Assembly (NCBI RefSeq): GCF_000195755.1
Contig: NC_002937.3
Coordinates: forward strand, 2,160,001 to 2,192,000
Length of the DNA stretch: 32,000 nt
Reading direction: 5' to 3'
DNA from: Nitratidesulfovibrio vulgaris str. Hildenborough
GTDB taxonomy: Bacteria; Desulfobacterota; Desulfovibrionia; Desulfovibrionales; Desulfovibrionaceae
Shown here: one piece after another, positions 25,336 to 32,000 of the stretch
Layout: every line of letters begins with the position of its first letter
How positions within the stretch are numbered: position 1 is the stretch's first letter
The notes under the pieces: generated by a model
The model's input: only the letters and a program-made list of their open reading frames with translations
The model's database searches: none
What the model was told of the DNA's origin: nothing
Translations under genes and position numbers: made by a program

Positions 25336-26007
25336 ATGAGACTCTCCGATGTCGATCTTGTCGAACTTCTTGAACGTCCTGGCAACAGATCATTCTCCTC
25401 CATATTCTCTTCACGCATCGTGATGCGCGGGCAATCCGTCTTTCGGCCCGACATGGAAGACGACATGATCCTCATTGTGCGTAGCGGTAGACTACGTGTC
25501 TATCTTGCTTACGGCGACAAGGAGTTCAGCCTTGCATTTCTCGGGAAGGGAGACATCTACAGCAGCCACACAGGCGCGTATGTACAGGCGTTGACCGAAA
25601 GCGAGATCATGCTTGCCGAAACACATCTCGTACACCGGCATATGGCATCAGTGACTGCAATATCGTCTATCATGGTGCGCATCCTCGGGCAGATGCTACG
25701 GTCGAGTTTCTTCCTCATCGAGAGCATGGTCTTCAAGGACAGTAACACCCGTCTGGCAGCGCTCCTTCTTGAACAGGCAGAAGACAGCGACAGGAACAGA
25801 CAACAACCTGCCGATGACATGTCAGATTTGCCTGACATCCACCTTGAACTCACCATGGAACAACTCGCCGGGCTTGTGGGAACAACCCGGCAGACCGCAT
25901 CCACCCTGCTCAACGACATGATACGGGCGGGCATCCTGCAACGCAGGGGGCGGGGACACTTTGTGGTACTGGATATGACCCGGCTACGCGAAATAGCCCT
26001 TCAATGA
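25336..26007 (+). CDS. cooA: CRP/FNR-family regulator, CooA-like CO sensor, 223 aa
   Basis: ORF track. GRLRVYLAYGDKEFSLAFLGKGDIYSSHTGAYV parallels my recollection of Rhodospirillum rubrum CooA around the heme ligand His77 (GRLRVYLVGEEREISLFYLTSGDMFCMHSGCLV). The HTH TMEQLAGLVGTTRQTASTLLNDMIRAGILQRRGRGHFVV parallels TVEEIANLIGSSRQTTSTALNSLIKEGYISRQGRGHYTI. It lies directly upstream of cooS. Confidence 0.8.
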   Translation: MRLSDVDLVELLERPGNRSFSSIFSSRIVMRGQSVFRPDMEDDMILIVRSGRLRVYLAYGDKEFSLAFLGKGDIYSSHTGAYVQALTESEIMLAETHLVHRHMASVTAISSIMVRILGQMLRSSFFLIESMVFKDSNTRLAALLLEQAEDSDRNRQQPADDMSDLPDIHLELTMEQLAGLVGTTRQTASTLLNDMIRAGILQRRGRGHFVVLDMTRLREIALQ

Positions 26008-26109
26008 CTGATTCCATGTGCCATCCAGCGGTGCCCTTTCCATGAGCAAGCCTAGCCTCATAGGCCGTAAGGACGCATGCAGCAGCAAATCATGCTCCTC
26101 TTCGGGCTT

Positions 26110-26125
26110 TGTCGGCTAGCCGACA
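26110..26125. promoter_or_regulatory. CooA-type operator, perfect 16-bp palindrome
   Basis: TGTCGGCTAGCCGACA, that is TGTCG-N6-CGACA, the half-site arrangement reported for CooA-dependent promoters. A -10-like TACTAA at 26144..26149 puts the site centre near -38 to -41 (class-II geometry). It lies about 170 nt upstream of the cooS ATG. Confidence 0.7.
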
Positions 26126-26295
26126 GACATCGTGCCACCGGCGTACTAACCTGTTGCCACTACCACCCACCCAGCGGGACCGGAGTTTTCCGGAACGATG
26201 CAGGGCGCACACGACACAGGCACCTGAGTGCATGCCCCTAAATGCCATAGGCAGTCACCTCACTACCCGCCGGACAAACCGCACGAGGCAAGCCC

Positions 26296-28185
26296 ATGAG
26301 TTCTTCCAAGACAATCCGTAGCCGTTCGATTTGGGATGACGCACACGCCATGCTCGAAAAGGCGAAGGCCGAGGGTATCAGCACCGTCTGGGATCGAGCT
26401 GCCGAACAGACGCCGGCCTGTAAATTCTGCGAATTGGGCACCACCTGCCGCAACTGCATCATGGGCCCGTGCCGTATCGCCAACCGCAAGGACGGCAAGA
26501 TGCGCCTTGGCGTGTGCGGTGCCGATGCCGATGTCATCGTGGCGCGCAATTTCGGCCGTTTCATCGCTGGCGGCGCGGCGGGGCACTCCGACCACGGACG
26601 CGACCTGATCGAAACGCTCGAAGCCGTAGCCGAGGGCAAGGCTCCCGGCTATACGATCCGCGACGTGGCAAAACTCAGGCGCATCGCGGCCGAACTCGGC
26701 GTCGCCGACGCGGCGACACGCCCCGCCCATGACGTGGCCGCCGACCTCGTCACCATCTGCTACAACGACTTCGGCAGCCGCCGTAATGCGCTGGCCTTTC
26801 TTGCGCGTGCGCCGCAGGTGCGGCGCGACCTCTGGCAACGCCTTGGCATGACCCCCCGTGGCGTAGACCGCGAGATTGCCGAAATGATGCACCGCACCCA
26901 TATGGGCTGCGACAACGACCACACAAGCCTGCTCGTCCATGCCGCGCGGACGGCGCTCGCCGATGGATGGGGCGGTTCCATGATCGGCACGGAATTGTCC
27001 GACATCCTCTTCGGCACGCCTCGCCCTCGCCAGTCCACAGTCAATCTCGGGGTCTTGCGCAAGGATGCCGTCAACATCCTCGTGCACGGACACAACCCCG
27101 TCGTCTCCGAAATGATTCTGGCCGCCACCCGTGAACCGGCCGTAAGGCAGGCGGCACAGGACGCCGGGGCAGCAGACATCAACGTGGCGGGGCTATGCTG
27201 CACGGGTAACGAACTGCTCATGCGACAGGGCATTCCCATGGCGGGCAACCACCTCATGACCGAACTCGCCATTGTCACAGGTGCGGCCGATGCCATTGTC
27301 GCAGACTATCAGTGTATCATGCCCAGCCTTGTGCAGATTGCCGCGTGCTACCACACCCGCTTCGTGACGACGTCTCCCAAGGGGCGTTTCACGGGGGCCA
27401 CTCATGTGGAAGTGCACCCGCACAATGCGCAAGAGAGGTGCCGCGAAATCGTGATGCTCGCCATCGATGCCTACACCAGACGAGACCCCGCCCGGGTCGA
27501 CATCCCGTCGCAACCCGTGTCCATCATGTCCGGGTTCTCCAACGAGGCCATCCTCGAGGCCCTTGGCGGCACTCCCAAGCCCCTCATCGACGCTGTTGTG
27601 GCAGGGCAGATACGGGGATTTGTGGGCATCGTGGGCTGCAACAACCCAAAGATACGTCAGGATTCAGCCAATGTGACGCTCACGCGGGAACTGATACGCC
27701 GCGACATCATGGTGCTTGCCACAGGATGCGTCACGACGGCTGCTGGCAAGGCCGGACTGCTGGTCCCGGAAGCCGCATCGAAAGCCGGCGAGGGGCTTGC
27801 CGCCGTGTGCCGCAGTCTTGGCGTGCCTCCCGTGCTGCACATGGGCAGCTGCGTGGACAACTCCCGCATCCTCCAGTTGTGCGCCCTGCTGGCAACCACG
27901 CTGGGCGTTGACATAAGCGACCTGCCCGTGGGGGCCTCGTCGCCCGAGTGGTATTCCGAGAAGGCAGCGGCCATTGCCATGTACGCCGTGGCAAGCGGCA
28001 TTCCCACGCATCTTGGTCTTCCCCCCAACATCCTCGGCAGCGAGAACGTCACCGCCATGGCCCTGCATGGCCTACAGGATGTGGTAGGCGCGGCCTTCAT
28101 GGTTGAACCGGACCCCGTCAAGGCCGCGGACATGCTCGAGGCGCATATCGTGGCACGCCGCGCAAGGCTTGGTCTCACATCCTAG
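26296..28185 (+). CDS. cooS: Anaerobic Ni,Fe carbon monoxide dehydrogenase catalytic subunit
   Basis: ORF track. N-terminal cluster cysteines CKFCELGTTCRNCIMGPCRI. All C-cluster ligand motifs are present: VHGHNP, GLCCTGNE, QCIMPS, VGCNNP, ATGCV, MGSCVDN. SD GAGG lies 8 nt upstream. Confidence 0.95.
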   Translation: MSSSKTIRSRSIWDDAHAMLEKAKAEGISTVWDRAAEQTPACKFCELGTTCRNCIMGPCRIANRKDGKMRLGVCGADADVIVARNFGRFIAGGAAGHSDHGRDLIETLEAVAEGKAPGYTIRDVAKLRRIAAELGVADAATRPAHDVAADLVTICYNDFGSRRNALAFLARAPQVRRDLWQRLGMTPRGVDREIAEMMHRTHMGCDNDHTSLLVHAARTALADGWGGSMIGTELSDILFGTPRPRQSTVNLGVLRKDAVNILVHGHNPVVSEMILAATREPAVRQAAQDAGAADINVAGLCCTGNELLMRQGIPMAGNHLMTELAIVTGAADAIVADYQCIMPSLVQIAACYHTRFVTTSPKGRFTGATHVEVHPHNAQERCREIVMLAIDAYTRRDPARVDIPSQPVSIMSGFSNEAILEALGGTPKPLIDAVVAGQIRGFVGIVGCNNPKIRQDSANVTLTRELIRRDIMVLATGCVTTAAGKAGLLVPEAASKAGEGLAAVCRSLGVPPVLHMGSCVDNSRILQLCALLATTLGVDISDLPVGASSPEWYSEKAAAIAMYAVASGIPTHLGLPPNILGSENVTAMALHGLQDVVGAAFMVEPDPVKAADMLEAHIVARRARLGLTS

Positions 28186-28269
28186 CCGTTTCAGACTTCC
28201 GGACATGAACGCCGGGGGGCGTCTGCCACACGCCCTCCCGCCCTCTTACGACCACGCAGGAGCACACTC

Positions 28270-29151
28270 ATGAAACTGGCATTTGCGGGCAAGGGCGGCG
28301 CAGGCAAGACGACGCTCACCGCATGGACAGCAGACTATCTGGCCCGCCATGGGCACAACGTATGGCTCATCGATGCCGACACTGCTCTTTCGCTGGGCCG
28401 TGCCTCGGGCCTTGCCCGCACCGACCTGCCCGCCCCGCTCATCAATCGGCACGACATTATCATGGAACGCATCAGCAGCGGGCTCATCAACCTCACCCCC
28501 GACGTGGAGGACCTGCCGGAGGCACTCTCTGTCGCCGTACCACTGGGGGGGCCGACAGTCACAGGAGTCGCTGCTGGGCGTAAACGTCTACTCGTCATGG
28601 GCTCCATAACCCACGCCGGCGGGGGGTGCGCATGCGAAGCCAACGCCCTGCTCAAGGCATTATTGGCCCACCTTGTCTATGACCGTGATGAATGGGTGCT
28701 GGTCGACCTTGAAGCGGGTGTGGAACACCTCGGACGCGGCACAGTTGCCATGGTCGACGCGCTTGTGGTCGTCAGTGAACCCAGCCTGCGCAGCCTCGAG
28801 ACCGCATCAGAAATCTCGCAACTGGCAACAGGTCTGGGGTTGCCTCGTCAGGTACTGGCCCTGAACAGGCATTCCTGTTCAGGCATGAGGAACAGGCCGT
28901 TGGCATCGTCCGATGCCACGGACGGGAAGGCATTGCACACCCTCGCCCCCGCCCTTGCGTTACCGGAAAGACGGGTTGCCATCCCCACGCTGGCGGGCCT
29001 TCAGGAACGCATGCTTGAGCACGCCCATGTCACCGGCCTTCCGGAATCCGCCATGGTAGACGAGTTTGTGACAATGCTGCTGCAACAGGTCATGGAAAGC
29101 GCACATACAAAACAGTCTCTTGCACCTTCTCGTGGCGTCTGTTGTGCATGA
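28270..29151 (+). CDS. cooC: CODH nickel-insertion accessory ATPase CooC, 293 aa
   Basis: ORF track. Deviant Walker A motif GKGGAGKTT at the N-terminus. C-x-C metal site GGGCACEAN. DLEAG switch region. Located immediately after cooS. Confidence 0.9.
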   Translation: MKLAFAGKGGAGKTTLTAWTADYLARHGHNVWLIDADTALSLGRASGLARTDLPAPLINRHDIIMERISSGLINLTPDVEDLPEALSVAVPLGGPTVTGVAAGRKRLLVMGSITHAGGGCACEANALLKALLAHLVYDRDEWVLVDLEAGVEHLGRGTVAMVDALVVVSEPSLRSLETASEISQLATGLGLPRQVLALNRHSCSGMRNRPLASSDATDGKALHTLAPALALPERRVAIPTLAGLQERMLEHAHVTGLPESAMVDEFVTMLLQQVMESAHTKQSLAPSRGVCCA

Positions 29152-29220
29152 CCATCCAATGCCAGACGGGATGAGATAGACATCGTCCCGTCTCCTCGTC
29201 ACATCGATACGAACAGAAAA

Positions 29221-29250
29221 GGGCGCAGCCTGTGCCGCGCCCGTCCTTTT
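29221..29250. terminator. Bidirectional intrinsic terminator between cooC (+) and usp (-)
   Basis: GGGCGCAGC-CTGT-GCCGCGCCC at 29221..29242 (9-bp stem, one mismatch). It is flanked by AGAAAA upstream and GTCCTTTTC downstream, giving U-tracts in both orientations. Confidence 0.6.
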
Positions 29251-29291
29251 CAAGAGCCTGTCGTCATCTTCGAAGCGTTCTTCTGCCGCCG

Positions 29292-29708
29292 TCAGCGTAC
29301 GACCAGCACCGAACATGTCGCGTGTGTGACGATCTTCGTGGCGACGCTGCCAAGCAGGAAGCGCTCTATGGCACCTCGACCACGCGAACCGACCACGATG
29401 AGGTCGACCCCCTTGTCCTTGGCGAAGTCGATGACAGCGCCAGCCGCAGAATGCGACTTGAGCAGTTCACCATGGGCGACGACGCCCTTTCCCTTGGCAT
29501 AGGCGACGGCCTTGTCGACGATTTCATGGGCCATGGTCGTGAACTTGTCCTCGATGTCCACACCCACGGCGAACTCCGCATACTCGTAAAGCTGCTCGTT
29601 CACACTGACGATGAACAACTCGGCCTTCTCACTGAGGGCCTTGGCGACGGCACACTCAAGGGCCTTCTGGGAATAACCGGACTGGTCAATGGCTACCAGA
29701 ATCTTCAT
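29292..29708 (-). CDS. Universal stress protein (UspA family), 138 aa
   Basis: ORF track. MKILVAIDQS at the start and the ATP-binding motif VGSRGRGAIERFLLGSVATKIV near the C-terminus. SD AAGGAGGAG immediately upstream. Confidence 0.9.
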   Translation of the reverse strand: MKILVAIDQSGYSQKALECAVAKALSEKAELFIVSVNEQLYEYAEFAVGVDIEDKFTTMAHEIVDKAVAYAKGKGVVAHGELLKSHSAAGAVIDFAKDKGVDLIVVGSRGRGAIERFLLGSVATKIVTHATCSVLVVR

Positions 29709-29933
29709 GGTACTCCTCCTTGGCGTCTCGCACTCAAGCGGTTCACAAGCATTGCCCCGCCCTGCCCGTTACGGGTGGGTGGCAGTCCCCGGACGGATGA
29801 GGCGTTACGACGCCTCGATGCGGAGCAACCGGGCCGACACGGTTCCGGCTATCTTGAAGTTAATGTCCGCTGACAGTTTGAGCAAGAGGAACGTGTATAT
29901 TCTCATGCCACTCGGAAGAAACGCAATCCATGG

Positions 29934-32000
29934 TCAATAATCCTTCTTCCACATCACTCCGATATCACTCGAAGTCGATGAAGCCCGGCCTTCAAGGTTG
30001 ACCCGCGGCAGCAGTTCGACCTCGACCCGCACCCCGAACGACCCGGCTTCCGCCCCCTGTTCGACGCCCACATACACGTTGTCCATGAGGTACTTGCCAG
30101 CCTCGACCGAAGGGCCTTCCGGCACTGCGGGAGTCTGGGCCTGACGCGCCGGAGATGAAAGCGCCCTGTCCCCGGCGGGTGTGATGCGGGCGGTGTCCTG
30201 CGTGCCGCGCCCGTCTCCGAGACGCAGCACATCGATGCCGAGCGTCTCCTGCACGGTGGCAAGCGGGTCGATGCCCGCCTTGCCCACGCCCGCCAGCATT
30301 CTCATGGCATTGGCGGCCTGCAACGCCTCGAAGCGGCTCAGTTCGGTCGCCGACTTGTCGAAAAGCACATGTGCCATCACTTCATCCTGCGGCAACGACG
30401 GACGGCTGTCGAAGGTGAGCGTCGGCTTCGAGGCCCGCCCTCCGACACGTATGAAGGCTGTCACGGTACTGCCCGCGTGTGAAAGCTCAAGGTCGAGGAC
30501 AGGGTCGGGCGGCACGGCACCCGCGAAGGTGATTGCCCCCTTGGTGAAGACGAACGGCTTGCCGAGCAACGAGAAACGGCCCCGCACCGGTGACAGGCTT
30601 CCGCGTAGCGTGGGTTTCGCCGCCGTTCCCGACACATGCAAGCGCCCCTGCCACTCGCTGTCCAGCCCCCTGCCCCGCACGAACAGCCTGTTTGGAGCAC
30701 GAACCGCAATGTCCAGCAGCAACGACGCTGCATCCGGCAAGGCAACGCCAGACACTCTCCCGGCGGCGATGGCCCCTTTTTCATGCACGTTCAACGTCCG
30801 CACCGTGGAACCGAGGCCGTTCACCAGTTCAAGTGTAGCCCCTTCGAGCACAAGGTCGGCATGTAGCGAAGGTGCGCGCAAGGGGCCAGTGAGTTCGACC
30901 GGGCCGGAGAGTGTGACGTCGAGGTCGTCACGCCTGAAAGGGCGCAGACCTGCCATGGCCCCGCGAAGCACGATGTAGGGGCCGGGGATGGCAGCGCGTA
31001 ACTGTCCTGTTCCCGATGTGGGGCCTGCATGGTTGCCCATACCCTGTACCGCCCCGACAGAAGGCGTGGCGCCGCGCACTGAAGAGGCTAGAGGCGCAGC
31101 AACGACGCGGTCATCTTCGCCAGTGGGGAACAACGCCGACATGCCGCCGATGGCACGCGGCGACGCCCCATCCGCCAACGAGGTACCACCCTGTGCAGCC
31201 CCTGCCATGAAACCGAACCCGCCGCCCGCAAGCAGTGCCCCGTTAAGAACGACACGCCCGCCCTTGCCGTCTGCCGCGGCGAGGCGGCACACCAGCCCGT
31301 TACCCGCATCGTGCCGCAGTTCACCCGTAATATCCGTGAGCAGTATGCCCTGCACGAGGTCCTCGTACCGACCGCCACAGAGGAACCCGCGCACAGCCAG
31401 TTGCGGTGCTTCCACCGTACCCGTCACATCGACGGCGACATCGGCGCGTCCGGCAAGGCGTCTGTCCGGCAAGGGCACGAAGCGCCAGAACGGCGCCACA
31501 TCACCGCGCAGCCTGACTCGGGCCGAAACCGGCGACGCCTCCCGCAATGCCGGGGTGCCTGATGCGAGGCCTTGCACGGGCAAGGAGATGTCAGCCCGTG
31601 CCGCCTCTAGTCCCTCCAGGCCGACTTCCAAAGCTGCGGTGAGCCTGCCATGCTTCGCATCCTCCGGGGCAAGTCGCCCGGTCAGCAGCAGGCTGGCGGT
31701 AGAGGGCCGGGTGCCATCCCGGCGTACAGCATCACCGGAGAGGTGAAGATTGCCGGTCTCGAACCGGAAGGCACCTTCCGTCCTGCCCTCCACCGTGCTC
31801 ACGCGGGCCTCGCCCGAGACCTCTCCCGCCACAGGCACTGTATCGACCACGAGGCGGGCCAACGATACCGGGACATCATGCAGACGCAGCGAGGCCTCCG
31901 TCCCTGAACGCAGGTCGAAGGTCAGTTGCGCGCGCCCCTGCGGTTCGAACGCCATATCTGCGGCATCAAGACGCGGCCCACCTGCGAGGGACAACCGGGC
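29934..32000 (-). CDS. tamB: TamB-like translocation and assembly module protein (AsmA/DUF490 family), C-terminal ~688 codons; N-terminus lies beyond the right edge
   Basis: ORF track 29934..31994. The frame stays open to position 32000, and the track start is only a TTG. It has a beta-rich G/A/V/R/L composition. The C-terminus GKYLMDNVYVGVEQGAEAGSFGVRVEVELLPRVNLEGRASSTSSDIGVMWKKDY is typical of the DUF490 end of TamB. Confidence 0.7.
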   Translation of the reverse strand, partial: ARLSLAGGPRLDAADMAFEPQGRAQLTFDLRSGTEASLRLHDVPVSLARLVVDTVPVAGEVSGEARVSTVEGRTEGAFRFETGNLHLSGDAVRRDGTRPSTASLLLTGRLAPEDAKHGRLTAALEVGLEGLEAARADISLPVQGLASGTPALREASPVSARVRLRGDVAPFWRFVPLPDRRLAGRADVAVDVTGTVEAPQLAVRGFLCGGRYEDLVQGILLTDITGELRHDAGNGLVCRLAAADGKGGRVVLNGALLAGGGFGFMAGAAQGGTSLADGASPRAIGGMSALFPTGEDDRVVAAPLASSVRGATPSVGAVQGMGNHAGPTSGTGQLRAAIPGPYIVLRGAMAGLRPFRRDDLDVTLSGPVELTGPLRAPSLHADLVLEGATLELVNGLGSTVRTLNVHEKGAIAAGRVSGVALPDAASLLLDIAVRAPNRLFVRGRGLDSEWQGRLHVSGTAAKPTLRGSLSPVRGRFSLLGKPFVFTKGAITFAGAVPPDPVLDLELSHAGSTVTAFIRVGGRASKPTLTFDSRPSLPQDEVMAHVLFDKSATELSRFEALQAANAMRMLAGVGKAGIDPLATVQETLGIDVLRLGDGRGTQDTARITPAGDRALSSPARQAQTPAVPEGPSVEAGKYLMDNVYVGVEQGAEAGSFGVRVEVELLPRVNLEGRASSTSSDIGVMWKKDY

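Noticed and set aside
29864-29875. Palindrome TGTCCGCTGACA in the spacer of a candidate usp promoter (minus strand TTGCTC-17-TAACTT, 29885..29857), considered as a second CooA site.
   Set aside because: The half-sites are separated by 4 nt (TGTC-N4-GACA) rather than the 8 nt of the cooS operator (TGTC-N8-GACA). The geometry therefore does not fit a CRP-family dimer. The promoter match itself is weak.
1-32000. Search for CRISPR arrays, IS or transposase genes, integrases next to the tRNA, and phage or defence islands.
   Set aside because: There are no spaced direct-repeat arrays, no terminal inverted repeats flanking an ORF, and no integrase or transposase-like ORFs on the track. The tRNA-Pro is flanked by ordinary core genes and a terminator, not by an att-like duplication.

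Overview
GC-rich, densely coding chromosomal window of deltaproteobacterial (Desulfovibrio-like) character. From memory and unverified, the gene order resembles the cooS neighbourhood of Desulfovibrio vulgaris. I saw no rRNA, CRISPR array, IS element or prophage remnant. Left to right: (1) the end of a chemotaxis adaptation module on the minus strand (cheR fragment, a 642-aa HEAT-repeat protein, cheB); (2) tRNA-Pro(CGG) with a bidirectional terminator; (3) an orphan PAS sensor histidine kinase with a periplasmic solute-binding-like domain; (4) a 45-aa lipoprotein missing from the ORF track, plus a DUF202-like membrane protein; (5) a flagellin gene with a near-consensus sigma-28 promoter; (6) a bifunctional RelA/SpoT gene starting 3 nt after the stop of an orphan family-5 solute-binding lipoprotein; (7) a SWIM-SNF2 helicase; (8) a divergent cassette of MocR-type regulator, B3/4-domain protein and EamA transporter; (9) a four-EF-hand protein containing an in-frame 9-bp microsatellite; (10) thiS-thiG-thiH-thiF-thiE on the minus strand; (11) cooA-cooS-cooC with a perfect CooA-type palindrome; (12) a universal stress protein; (13) the C-terminal part of a TamB-like protein running off the right edge. 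The most striking structure not explained by ORFs is a ~166-nt tandem duplication upstream of thiS. Read on the minus strand, it is two complete TPP riboswitches, each with its own aptamer and intrinsic terminator. I did not find a clear-cut new multi-gene system. The best function-unknown candidates are the MocR/B3-4/EamA cassette, the EF-hand repeat protein, the SBP-rel coupling and the HEAT protein inside the che operon. Many long antisense ORFs on the track are GC-driven shadow ORFs and were rejected. All promoter, operator and terminator calls come from reading motifs by eye and need computational or experimental confirmation.
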